A DNA stretch of 47,987 nt from Bdellovibrionota bacterium (GCA_044356215.1 JBIKWQ010000016.1:1-47987); one strand, 5' to 3'. Counted from the stretch's first letter, positions 22,609-31,897 are shown. A program made the numbers and translations. The notes: generated by a model from the sequence alone, not told the origin.

Positions 22609-23322
22609 ATGTTGACTACAAAACCCAGGGATATATCGATACTAGATTCGGACGAGCGTCACAAAGAGATCTCGGATGCGTTGCTGGAAAACGCCTCGGT
22701 ACCGTTTAGAACCCGTTCTGGCAAACCTGGCATCCCAATGTTCGAACTCGATATCTTAAACGCTCATGCTCTTTTGAAAGAAGAAGTATTAAGAATAGCG
22801 GTCGAGTATGTCGACCTGCTTCTCCTACAAGACGAAGTTAAGGATAGAATTAATAAAGCACCGTTCGATGTGGATGCGTGTGCGGAAGACTCCATGATTA
22901 CCAAGCTCAGGAACGAGTTTATTCTATGGAACATACATGCGTTTCAAAGGGTTCATTCTTTGCTAAATACCGATAAAACAGCCCTTAACAACTCCGACTC
23001 AGCGAAGAATGGCCTTGTCTATGATCTTGTAGGGAAGATGATTAAATTATCTCTAGTGACAAAACAGCAGCTAAACAGCAGAAAATTTTTAGTAGGAGAT
23101 ATTCCCGCTTTTGCGTTTCCGGACCATTTGATTAAGGAGTGGACGGACACCTTCATCACCTTGGAAGATGTCAATGCGGGTAACGCACCTAAAAAGAAAG
23201 AGGCAATCGCCAATCTTGTGATGCAATACCTTGACTATATCGCGACAGCAGTAAAAGGCCGTCAATGGGAATCATGCCAAGGAAACGAGGTGTTGCCTTC
23301 TACCTCAAAAACTCTCAAATAA
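22609..23322 (+). CDS. hypothetical helical protein (orphan)
   Basis: 237-aa ORF filling the gap, with no recognised motif. Overlaps the convergent gene by 18 nt. Confidence 0.6.
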   Translation: MLTTKPRDISILDSDERHKEISDALLENASVPFRTRSGKPGIPMFELDILNAHALLKEEVLRIAVEYVDLLLLQDEVKDRINKAPFDVDACAEDSMITKLRNEFILWNIHAFQRVHSLLNTDKTALNNSDSAKNGLVYDLVGKMIKLSLVTKQQLNSRKFLVGDIPAFAFPDHLIKEWTDTFITLEDVNAGNAPKKKEAIANLVMQYLDYIATAVKGRQWESCQGNEVLPSTSKTLK

Positions 23323-25248
23323 TTTCTTACCCTTATCGGGGCCGATCATAATCACGCCGTCTTTTACGGCGCTATTTACGTTATTATTAGATACGATCTC
23401 CTGCGGGAGTCTTATCGAAAATACGCTTTTGTTCCGCAAAATATAAGAGAACACCGCGAACTGCACGTCCTGCAAAATACGAATATCGTCGTACTCATGG
23501 TAATTTTCATCGGGCCACTTGATCGCCACAAAGGTCCCGTAGACATCAGCCAACCTCGCACCTGTTATATTATTCTCTGGGAGTAGCCCCCTCTCTAGAG
23601 CCTCGCACGTTAGAGCGCCCGGCCCGTGGTCCCCCGCGATTACCACGATCGCCTTTCTGTTTGACGATAGGATCAGGTCGATATCATCCCGCATCTCCTG
23701 ATTAGCTTTCCCCAGATCCTCTTTGTACTTAGCGACTTCATTACCTTTACAAGCGCCATCGCGGTAATCGATATGAGCAGCCAACGAGTGCGCATACATG
23801 AAGTAAGGATCCTTCGACTCAAAGCCACGGCGCATCATGGAACGCTTCTCATTTACCCACTCATTGTATTGCAACGGCGTAGTACCGAGAAATTGATTGT
23901 GGCGAAAATAGCCGTTCTTAATAGCGGCGGCTATCGCGTCTACTCCAGATGACTCCATATTTGCCGGAGCCACTACATCGGGTCCAATCCTAAGAGCGTT
24001 CACACCCGCTAGCAGGTGTCCATTGCCAAGCATGTGGCTGAAATAGCCCCACGACTCAATCGCCCGAAATGTTGTATTGGGGCCACCTATTGGATTAAGT
24101 GGCTTAGGGCGCATAGAGAGCACTCTCGACATTGAGGGCTGAGTACGCACCGCCACTGTGTAGACATCTGGATATATCTTAAAGCCGCGTTCCTCCAAAA
24201 ATTTGTTTTGGTCTGAATTATCTATCCCGTGAAATCGCAGAACCTTGTCTGGCAGGTATGAATCGTAAACCAAAAGGTAGATATCAGGCTTTTGTTCCGG
24301 CTGCCTCTCTAGATAGATCGATGGATCGAGATCTTTGGGCATATTATCCGGATGCTTCACATAAAGCGGGGCGTGCGGGATGCTCATGAAACTCGCCGCT
24401 CCAACAAGTCCAAAGAAAAAAGCGTACAAGGGACCACGGAAGAGGCGATAGCCGAGCGAGATTAGAACAAATGACGCGGCTAGCAACGCGGCGTGGTATT
24501 TGAACTGCGGCAGATCGCTACCCATAAGACTTGTTATCATCGGCATAGAGTTCATCGCGAAGGAGCACGCCGCCACGCATATTAGAACTATATTAGCGCT
24601 GACGCGCGGCTTAAAAATCATCGCTCCTATTACGCCGGCAAACGCAGGAATAACCAGGAAGATCGCCGCAAATCTCACCATCAGAGGCAAGTTGAAATAA
24701 TCTATGTTAGCGGCGACATAGTTCACCAGAGGAAACGCGGGAAACAGGAAGAGGCATATGTCACTTAAAGGGAATCGGACCTTTATAAGGCGTTTACGCG
24801 CTCGATGTGTCAATACGACCATGACCGCCAATATCACCGCGAACGCGCAGCAAATGAAGAAGAGCCTCTCTCTAAATTCGACAAAATCCTGAGTCGCTGG
24901 GATGCGCTGAGCGCTTATCTTCGTCGCGAGGAAAGTTAAAAGCGCGACACACAGTGGCAAAACAATCCGAATCAAAGGCCAAAACCGTTTCACTAACTCA
25001 GTGCTAGAAAATATCCGACCCAAGGATAACGTAAGAAAAAAAGCGACGGATGTTAACGCCGCGGCAAGCGCCTCTTGGGCGTACAGGCCTTGATGATGAG
25101 ATGAAAAAAAGAAAACCGCGTAGAAATACGCCGCCAAGACGGCCGCCGCGACTGTCGCTCCACTAACGATCTTAATTGGCAGCCCTTCCTTGGGTAACTC
25201 CATTGCCGCGCTTTTAGATGCTTCAGTCAAACTGAAGTGCTCCACCAT
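23305..25248 (-). CDS. membrane-anchored alkaline-phosphatase/sulfatase-superfamily protein (LtaS/EptA-like transferase fold)
   Basis: ~9 N-terminal TM helices, then PDIYLLVYDSY, RTQPSM (Thr at the nucleophile position), YAH...H and IAGDHG. Confidence 0.8.
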   Translation of the reverse strand: MVEHFSLTEASKSAAMELPKEGLPIKIVSGATVAAAVLAAYFYAVFFFSSHHQGLYAQEALAAALTSVAFFLTLSLGRIFSSTELVKRFWPLIRIVLPLCVALLTFLATKISAQRIPATQDFVEFRERLFFICCAFAVILAVMVVLTHRARKRLIKVRFPLSDICLFLFPAFPLVNYVAANIDYFNLPLMVRFAAIFLVIPAFAGVIGAMIFKPRVSANIVLICVAACSFAMNSMPMITSLMGSDLPQFKYHAALLAASFVLISLGYRLFRGPLYAFFFGLVGAASFMSIPHAPLYVKHPDNMPKDLDPSIYLERQPEQKPDIYLLVYDSYLPDKVLRFHGIDNSDQNKFLEERGFKIYPDVYTVAVRTQPSMSRVLSMRPKPLNPIGGPNTTFRAIESWGYFSHMLGNGHLLAGVNALRIGPDVVAPANMESSGVDAIAAAIKNGYFRHNQFLGTTPLQYNEWVNEKRSMMRRGFESKDPYFMYAHSLAAHIDYRDGACKGNEVAKYKEDLGKANQEMRDDIDLILSSNRKAIVVIAGDHGPGALTCEALERGLLPENNITGARLADVYGTFVAIKWPDENYHEYDDIRILQDVQFAVFSYILRNKSVFSIRLPQEIVSNNNVNSAVKDGVIMIGPDKGKKLFESF

Positions 25249-25391
25249 CTCACAAACTCCTTACCTCGCGAGGGACAGACATACAGTCCCTAAATCCATA
25301 AAATACCAACCTTAAAAGACGAGGCGCAACGGTATTTCGAATCCACTTAGCACCTTTACAAGCTCAATAGGGTCGTGCTACCACGAGTTAA

Positions 25392-25664
25392 ATGAAAGTC
25401 AAAAAGAACATCCCTCTCATTAGCGAGTTTCGTGGTTTTGTGTCCGCGCTCGCGGTGGTTGCGTGTGCATGGCCAATCGACTCATACGCCTATCTTGACC
25501 CAGGTACCGGTAGCTTGATGTTACAAGCTATCGTGGCTGGCATCTTCGCCGGGTTATTCGCGGTTAAAAGATACATATTCATGATAATCGGTTTCTTAAA
25601 AAGCCCCTTCAAAAAACGCGACTCAAAGAGCGCGGACTCGACACCTGATGACCGAGTCTCCTAA
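25392..25664 (+). CDS. small exported membrane protein with a YLDPGTGS motif
   Basis: Signal peptide ending SYA, mature N-terminus YLDPGTGS, one TM helix, basic tail. Overlaps the next gene by 17 nt. Confidence 0.75.
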   Translation: MKVKKNIPLISEFRGFVSALAVVACAWPIDSYAYLDPGTGSLMLQAIVAGIFAGLFAVKRYIFMIIGFLKSPFKKRDSKSADSTPDDRVS

Positions 25665-27054
25665 TCAACATTTGCCAGGCCGAATTGACGGATCCTTCAG
25701 AGATCCTAGCGGCTTCGTGTTCGCGAGAGATGGAGAGATCTACAGACAAGTTAACTTAGTTTACAAACCAAGCTACGACGCTCTTATAGAATCCGGACTG
25801 TACGACGACCTCACAGCCAAGCAGCTACTTATTCCTCATGAGGATATCGAGCAAAGGTCTCATGCTGAGCCGGGCGGATACAAAATAATCAAACCCATCA
25901 AGATCCCCTTTATCTCGTATCCTTACGAATGGTCATTCTCTCAATTAAAAGACGCCGCTCTCACAACTCTCGACGTTCAAATCGCGGCGATACATCGCGG
26001 CATGTCACTCAAAGATGCCTCAGCTTATAATGTCCAATTTATCGGAGCCAAACCGATCTTCATCGACACCCTCTCGTTTGAGCCCTACATCGAGGGGAAA
26101 GCATGGGTTGCCTATCGCCAGTTCTGTCAACATTTTCTAGCGCCGCTTGCCCTAATGACTTACAGAGATGTAGCGCTCAGCAACCTATCGCTACCATTTA
26201 TCGATGGCGTGCCATTAAGTCTGGCCAGCAAGATACTTCCTAAGAGGACCTGGGCAAGCTTCTCTCTCGCTACTCATATTCACCTTCACGCTCGAATGCA
26301 GAGCCGCTATGCCGACTCCGGCTCAGGTGGAAAACCAGTTAAAGAGGCGCGAATAAGTAAAACCGCTCTGCTAGGACTGCTAGACAATTTGCGGGGTGTA
26401 ATTCAAAGCCTCTCGTGGAAACCCGGTGGAACAGAGTGGGCCGACTACTATAACGCAACTAACTACTCATCGACCGCCATGTCTGAAAAAGAGCAGCTAG
26501 TCGAGCGGCTGTGTCGCGATGTAAATCCTGGGACGGCATGGGATTTAGGGGCGAATACTGGGGTATTTAGCCGCCGAGCTGTCGCGGCCGGAGCTTATAC
26601 AGTCGCGTGCGACATCGATCCAAGCGCCGTTGAGCAAAACTATCGCTGGTGCAGATCAGAGAAGCTAACGCAGATGCTCCCATTGGTTATGGATCTGACC
26701 AATCCATCACCTGCGATCGGATGGGCCCATAAGGAGCGATATTCGCTAATTGAACGAGGCCCGGCGGATCTGGTTTTAGCCCTAGCGCTTATTCACCATT
26801 TAGCTATCTCCAACCATGTGCCTCTACCTAAATTAGCTTCATTCTTCGCTTCATGCGGAAAAAATCTGATTATCGAGTTTGTGCCTAAGAGTGACTCTCA
26901 GGTTCAAAGACTTCTCTCGTCACGCCAGGATATCTTTGATAACTACACAGAGAACGAGTTTGAGCGCGCCTTTTCGGAGAAGTTTGTCATCGAGGCCCGC
27001 GTTCCAGTCCCCGAATCCAAACGCGTTTTATATCGGATGCACCGCGCTCTTTGA
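25648..27054 (+). CDS. NoeA-like protein: N-terminal kinase-like domain plus class I SAM-dependent methyltransferase
   Basis: SFRDPSG, ISYPYEWSF, LKDASAYNVQF, FIDTLSFE, then WDLGANTG (SAM motif I) and LALIHHLAI. Confidence 0.85.
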   Translation: MTESPNQHLPGRIDGSFRDPSGFVFARDGEIYRQVNLVYKPSYDALIESGLYDDLTAKQLLIPHEDIEQRSHAEPGGYKIIKPIKIPFISYPYEWSFSQLKDAALTTLDVQIAAIHRGMSLKDASAYNVQFIGAKPIFIDTLSFEPYIEGKAWVAYRQFCQHFLAPLALMTYRDVALSNLSLPFIDGVPLSLASKILPKRTWASFSLATHIHLHARMQSRYADSGSGGKPVKEARISKTALLGLLDNLRGVIQSLSWKPGGTEWADYYNATNYSSTAMSEKEQLVERLCRDVNPGTAWDLGANTGVFSRRAVAAGAYTVACDIDPSAVEQNYRWCRSEKLTQMLPLVMDLTNPSPAIGWAHKERYSLIERGPADLVLALALIHHLAISNHVPLPKLASFFASCGKNLIIEFVPKSDSQVQRLLSSRQDIFDNYTENEFERAFSEKFVIEARVPVPESKRVLYRMHRAL

Positions 27055-27864
27055 GCAATAGATGACATCGGGACCCAGAGCGGCCATACAAGCGAACGAT
27101 ACAGTCTCAGACTGGGTGAATACATCGAGGCACATCCGCTCTGCCATCCGCTCAGGTTGCGAACGCGGAAATCCATCATGGGTCAGTACCTCGAGATGCT
27201 GAAATAGCAGCGTCTCGTTTAATGTAGTAAGAGGTCTCGAGAACGCCACGACGTAATCACCCGGATTTAGATCCACTGAGGCAACCTCAACATCGATTAT
27301 TGAATGAGACCCGACATACGCCTGACGCTGCGTTGGCGCGTCTCCCCCGAACTCAGAGATATCCCCCACTACCGCCCGATCAACCCCATCACTTGAAAAG
27401 AATGGGAAGAGCTGATTGCCGCGAAAAAGATAGACGCTCCCATGCCCCACCCTAGCGGTGGCGAACTTATAGTTGTCGACAACAAACGCCAAAAGAGATG
27501 CCGCCATGCGGCCACCGGCGGCTAGTTTATGCCCAAACCCGTACACAGACGCGTTCGCCGCACGGAAAGCAGCCTCAAGCGCATTAACAGCGGCATCCTC
27601 CTCGTCACTTGGATCTCCAGCCGAGCTCGGAACCTGCCCAAAGCCCTGAAGGTGCTCCATCAGACCTTCAACGAAATAGTCCAATGCGAGTCTGTAGGCC
27701 ACCTGCGAGCCGACCCCCTGGATGACCGCCGTAGACCCTGCGAACACCATCTGCGCCGGCTTTAAAGCCGGATTTAGCGCTAGGAAGGCGGAGGCATCCT
27801 CCAACGCTTTACTTCCCCTAAAAATGTCGCAATCTAATCTGGTTAATGCCATGGCTAACTTCAT
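27028..27864 (-). CDS. degenerate PP2C/PPM-fold protein (pseudophosphatase)
   Basis: PP2C scaffold motifs GSQVAYRLA, AAFRAANASV, ARVGHGSVYLFRG and LNPGDYVVAFS are present, but the metal-binding Asp motifs are replaced. Confidence 0.65.
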   Translation of the reverse strand: MKLAMALTRLDCDIFRGSKALEDASAFLALNPALKPAQMVFAGSTAVIQGVGSQVAYRLALDYFVEGLMEHLQGFGQVPSSAGDPSDEEDAAVNALEAAFRAANASVYGFGHKLAAGGRMAASLLAFVVDNYKFATARVGHGSVYLFRGNQLFPFFSSDGVDRAVVGDISEFGGDAPTQRQAYVGSHSIIDVEVASVDLNPGDYVVAFSRPLTTLNETLLFQHLEVLTHDGFPRSQPERMAERMCLDVFTQSETVSFACMAALGPDVIYCSKSAVHPI

Positions 27865-28011
27865 GCGCCCTTAAAAGCGCGCCTTATTTAGGAAGGCTTA
27901 ATCAACTACCCCGACTCTATCTTACCTTAGAAGCTCTTTCTAGGATCATTTCTTCGTAGTAAGTTCAGAGCTTAATAATTCCTCTGTCTACTGTCACCGG
28001 AGCCATAAAGT

Positions 28012-29727
28012 ATGATCACCATCTGCCGCGGGAAAATAGCGTTCTTTGCGACCCTCTCATTAACCCTCTGCGCGATCGCCGCGACGGGATGTAAAGGCAA
28101 GAGCAGTGATTCCGTGGTGACCACAAAAACATCCGCGCAACTCTCTGATGACCCGCTTTTGAAGAAGATACCGAACTCAACAGCGATGTTCGGCGTACAG
28201 GACTTCGGGGGCGAAGGCTACAAACTGTTCACTCAGTCAGCATACGGCAATACCAAGAACGCGAAAGAATCATTAAACGATCTCGTTGAGAAGATAAAAG
28301 ATGTTGGCGCCGGAGATGAACTGATCAATCTTTCAAAGAAGATCGTGGACGCGGCTACTCAGCTAGGTCTCATATCGGCAGAAGGCGCCTATACCTTTGA
28401 AAAAGTAATTTCTCGCGCGGCGTTTTTTGTTGGCCCGGCAAGTAGTGGAACCCTCCCTGTTGAGGCGGGTCTTTTTATCCGTGGCGCGAATGGAGTCAAG
28501 CTTGTTGATAAGCTAGGGACCTTGCGTGGCTCTTTAACATCTCCAGATCTTCAACTCGCGGACGAATCAGTCGCGAACTCCTTAAAGAGCTTCTCCGTGA
28601 GTTTTAAAAATATTCCGGTAAAAGTATATTTCGCCGCAACTGATGAGCTATTCGGAGCCTCCTTCGAAAAAGCTAATTTAGAGGGCCTTTTTGCGGCCGC
28701 CGACACAAACACAATCGATACACTGCGCGGCCTTCCGGAGTACAAACAAGCTACCAAGACTATCGGTACACCTGAAAAGCCTGTCTCTTTTCTATTCCTA
28801 TCAATGCCGAGGTTCAAGCCAACCCTGGAACTGATCTCCAAAAGCAATCAAGACAATAAATTGAATACGGCTGAGATCCCCGTTGATGGTGTGGCTGTTC
28901 AGAGTAGCTTTCCAAAACAGTACACTCACAACGTAGGCCTAGCTGTTAGCGCTAAGAACGACGAGCAGACAAAAGTGCTAGCGGCTCTTGAGGGAAGCGC
29001 CCTATCCCCCGCGAGCCTGAAGCTTCCAAACGAGACGGCCTTGTCGGTAGCGTTAGATACAAAGTTTATGCGCAAGCTAGAGCCGATGATCAGAAGCATC
29101 GAGGAGAGCGCTCCAGCCGGCATAGCTGAGCAAGCCAAGAAACTAGAAAGTTTAACCCTAGGGCTTAGAAACAACGCCGCTGGATCCCCGATACCGGATA
29201 TATTCTTAATGATGGAGAGTTCAAGCCGCGAGGAGCTTAAGTCATTACTTGAGTCCACTCTCGGTTCATCGATGTCGCTGCTTGGACAAAACGCCTCGTG
29301 GCAAACAAAGGACATCGATGGCAACCAAGCCAAGTACTTCACCACTTTGGTAGGGGCTGGGGTTTATATGAGCGCCCCAACTGGAAGTAATAACCTGGTG
29401 ATAGGATCATCCGAGTCGGCCTTAAAAGATCTCTTAAGCGCGCAGAGCAACAGGACCGCTGGAATCGTTTCGTCTATGCCAGAGGGTTTAAAGACTCAAG
29501 TAGGATCAGCTAATCTGGCCGCCTTTTATTTTAATTTTAAAAAGGTTGCTGATGTTGTTAATTCAGTTAAGAACACCCTAGCGATGTTCACAGGAGGAAA
29601 CTCTGAATTAAACGAGCTGTTAAATTCCGCTGATATAGCTTCGTGGGGTTTTGCCGCGGGTGGAGTCTCTTATAGTCCAGGAACATTATCGATAAACTCG
29701 AGCTTTGATGCGGGGTTGCCGAGTTAG
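28012..29727 (+). CDS. hypothetical lipoprotein
   Basis: 571-aa ORF, signal peptide with lipobox ATGC, GGAG SD. Confidence 0.75.
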   Translation: MITICRGKIAFFATLSLTLCAIAATGCKGKSSDSVVTTKTSAQLSDDPLLKKIPNSTAMFGVQDFGGEGYKLFTQSAYGNTKNAKESLNDLVEKIKDVGAGDELINLSKKIVDAATQLGLISAEGAYTFEKVISRAAFFVGPASSGTLPVEAGLFIRGANGVKLVDKLGTLRGSLTSPDLQLADESVANSLKSFSVSFKNIPVKVYFAATDELFGASFEKANLEGLFAAADTNTIDTLRGLPEYKQATKTIGTPEKPVSFLFLSMPRFKPTLELISKSNQDNKLNTAEIPVDGVAVQSSFPKQYTHNVGLAVSAKNDEQTKVLAALEGSALSPASLKLPNETALSVALDTKFMRKLEPMIRSIEESAPAGIAEQAKKLESLTLGLRNNAAGSPIPDIFLMMESSSREELKSLLESTLGSSMSLLGQNASWQTKDIDGNQAKYFTTLVGAGVYMSAPTGSNNLVIGSSESALKDLLSAQSNRTAGIVSSMPEGLKTQVGSANLAAFYFNFKKVADVVNSVKNTLAMFTGGNSELNELLNSADIASWGFAAGGVSYSPGTLSINSSFDAGLPS

Positions 29728-29792
29728 TTCAGTTCTTCGAACCCTCTTCTAAAAGCTGCTCATCTTAATCCTCAGAAGTCACGAAACGACTG

Positions 29793-30023
29793 ATGATGGA
29801 GATAAAGAATATGAACAGCCTCGCGCAGCTTCTTGAAATCGCTAGCAGAATTGATCACCTCGGTAACTGCGCTGAATGGATAGCGCGCGAAACTTGCCAC
29901 ACAGATAACTCTGTTTCGCAGACAGGAACTCTAATCTCGGTGCTTGCCGAGGATCTTCGTGATAAAATCACTAATCTTGTTCAGGAGTTAGAGCAAGCAG
30001 GGATGCTAGACGGAACGCACTAA
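29793..30023 (+). CDS. small hypothetical helical-hairpin protein
   Basis: Heptad-like helices. The GGAG SD fits an ATG at 29811. Followed by a strong hairpin. Confidence 0.6.
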   Translation: MMEIKNMNSLAQLLEIASRIDHLGNCAEWIARETCHTDNSVSQTGTLISVLAEDLRDKITNLVQELEQAGMLDGTH

Positions 30024-30083
30024 GGAAAAGAGGTAGAACAGCTACTTAGGTCACTGGGTTGCCTATAGTCGCTCAAAAGTGAC

Positions 30084-30122
30084 GGCCCCTCCTAACACCA
30101 TTTCAGGTAGTTAGGAGGGGCC
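30084..30122 (+). terminator. GC-rich hairpin, probable terminator
   Basis: Perfect 13-bp arms GGCCCCTCCTAAC / GTTAGGAGGGGCC. Only a weak U-tract follows (TTCGCATTT). Confidence 0.55.
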
Positions 30123-30136
30123 TTCGCATTTCCACC

Positions 30137-30297
30137 AGGGCGTCGCAGTGTTTTTGGTAAACTGCTGGGATAATTAGTAAAATATTTTTTACCACAGAGG
30201 ACGCAGAGGACACAGAGAAAACTCCATAAATGCCCGTAAAATGGCCGTTCTCTGTGTCCTCTGCGTCCTCTGTGGTGATAAAGAACTGCGATGCCCT
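30137..30297. mobile_element. MITE/REP-like nested inverted-repeat element
   Basis: Outer 18-bp imperfect IR (AGGGCGTCGCAGTGTTTT vs revcomp AGGGCATCGCAGTTCTTT, 15/18) enclosing a perfect 29-bp IR (30191-30219 / 30248-30276). No ORF. Confidence 0.55.
30191..30276. repeat. perfect 29-bp inverted repeat made of 9-bp (ACRCAGAGG-like) subunits, 28-nt loop
   Basis: ACCACAGAGGACGCAGAGGACACAGAGAA ... TTCTCTGTGTCCTCTGCGTCCTCTGTGGT. Confidence 0.95.
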
Positions 30298-30315
30298 ATC
30301 CGAATCTTGCCTCTC

Positions 30316-30352
30316 TTTACCTGATTAGCCGCATCTGGTAGTCTCACGCGGC
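30316..30352 (+). promoter_or_regulatory. putative promoter of rplY (TTTACC-N17-TAGTCT, extended TGn, GC-rich discriminator)
   Basis: Shares the 20-mer ATCTGGTAGWCTCACGCGGC (19/20) with the region upstream of rpsF. Confidence 0.6.
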
Positions 30353-30378
30353 AGTTTTTTTAGGAAAGGGTAATAGCC

Positions 30379-31035
30379 GTGGAAAATTTCACAATTGAAG
30401 TAGCACAGAGGACTGATCTTGGTAAGGGCGCGTGCAATCGTTGCCGCAAGGCCGGGTTTATACCTGGGGTAGCCTACCACCGCGCTGATGAGCCGGTAGC
30501 TGTTCAGGTTTCGTACAAAGAGTTCACGATGTTGGCCAAGAAAGCGCGTATGTCGCAGGTATTCACATTTAAGAGCGGCAATCCAGCTTTAAATGGCAAG
30601 TCAGCGATAGTTAAAGATGTTCAGCAGGACTACCTGAAGGGAAAGGTCTTGCATGTTGATTTCCAGACATTGAAGGACGATGAGGAGATCACCGTGTACA
30701 TCCCAGTAAGTTTGGTGGGAGAGGCCCCTGGCGTTAAAGTTCAGAACGGAATCCTAACTCTGGTTACTCACGAGATCGCGGTATCTTGTTTACCAAAGAA
30801 CATTCCTAACCAGCTCCAGGTTGATATTTCAAACCTAGGATTAGGTCAGTCGATTCACGCTAGCGATCTAAAGCTAGGCGATGGAGTCACTCTCTCGGAT
30901 GACCCGCATGAGACCATCGTTAGCGTAGTAGCAGCTAGAACGGCGGAGGATGAGGCTAAGGCGGCTGGTTCAGCGGAAGGTGCTCCAGCAGCGGCAGCAG
31001 CTCCGGCGGAGGGCGCTAAGCCAGCGGCTAAGTAG
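30379..31035 (+). CDS. rplY: 50S ribosomal protein bL25 (Ctc-type, long form)
   Basis: GKGACNRCRKAGFIPGVAY, VLHVDF, GEAPGVK, IHASDL, Ala/Glu tail. GTG start. Confidence 0.95.
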   Translation: MENFTIEVAQRTDLGKGACNRCRKAGFIPGVAYHRADEPVAVQVSYKEFTMLAKKARMSQVFTFKSGNPALNGKSAIVKDVQQDYLKGKVLHVDFQTLKDDEEITVYIPVSLVGEAPGVKVQNGILTLVTHEIAVSCLPKNIPNQLQVDISNLGLGQSIHASDLKLGDGVTLSDDPHETIVSVVAARTAEDEAKAAGSAEGAPAAAAAPAEGAKPAAK

Positions 31036-31056
31036 GTCGTTTAAGCTTAGTATGAC

Positions 31057-31098
31057 GAGCGGTGCGTCTGGGCTTGCCCGGCACCGCTCTTTGTTTTT
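31057..31098 (+). terminator. intrinsic terminator between rplY and pth
   Basis: GAGCGGTGC...GCACCGCTC 9-bp stem followed by TTTGTTTTT. Confidence 0.75.
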
Positions 31099-31122
31099 CG
31101 GCTTAATTTTCTGTGAGGTATC

Positions 31123-31791
31123 GTGTCAGAGAACTTCTTCTCGGTGGTTGTTGGATTGGGTAATCCAGGGGGCCAGTACGATACTACGCGCCACAATATC
31201 GGCTTTGCGGTGATCGACGCATTGCGAGCGTGTTCGGGATTGAGAGATGCATCAGAATTAAAAATAGCCGCGCAATCTCATGCGCGAGATGCACTTACAG
31301 GTTCGCTGGGATCTACTGGATGGCATAGTAGGAATGGCTTTCTTGAGGCGAGTTGCTCAATCGGTGATTGGTCGAGTCACTTGATTAAGCCGATGACCTA
31401 TATGAACCGCAGTGGCGAGCCGCTAAGTTCGTTTTTGCAGTTTCGCAAGATCTCTTTAGCTCAGGTAATTGTCGCGCATGACGAGATTGATATACCGTTT
31501 GGCGCGTTGCGAGTGAAGTTTGATGGCGGAGAGGGTGGTCACAATGGTCTGCGCTCGATCTCGGAGAGGTGTGGAGGGCGTGGTTATGCTAGGGTTCGCG
31601 TAGGGGTCGGTAAACCGCCAACGGGGAGCCCCCAAGCTTTAAAAGAGGATGCCATCGCGTCTTGGGTTCTAAGTCGTTTTACCGCAGAGGAGCATCCTTA
31701 CGCTGAGGAGATAGTAGTTTCCGGGGTCTTAGCGATTTACGAATTGGCGACCAAGGGAATGAGGTCAGCGCAGAATAAATTTAATAAGTAG
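31123..31791 (+). CDS. pth: peptidyl-tRNA hydrolase
   Basis: VGLGNPG..Y..TRHNIGF, KPMTYMNRSG, HDEID, GGHNGLRSI. Carries an insertion of ~25 aa. Confidence 0.96.
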   Translation: MSENFFSVVVGLGNPGGQYDTTRHNIGFAVIDALRACSGLRDASELKIAAQSHARDALTGSLGSTGWHSRNGFLEASCSIGDWSSHLIKPMTYMNRSGEPLSSFLQFRKISLAQVIVAHDEIDIPFGALRVKFDGGEGGHNGLRSISERCGGRGYARVRVGVGKPPTGSPQALKEDAIASWVLSRFTAEEHPYAEEIVVSGVLAIYELATKGMRSAQNKFNK

Positions 31792-31861
31792 CTAATATCA
31801 CCCTGTTTTTAGATTTCTGTGGTTTTGAGTTAATTTTTACCTGTGTCTGGCCTCGGGCCAG

Positions 31862-31897
31862 TTGTTTTTATTGCCTAATCTGGTAGACTCACGCGGC
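31862..31897 (+). promoter_or_regulatory. putative promoter of rpsF-rplI (TGnTAGACT + CACGCGGC discriminator)
   Basis: Near-identical copy of the rplY promoter core. TTGTTT lies 16 bp upstream of the -10. Confidence 0.55.
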
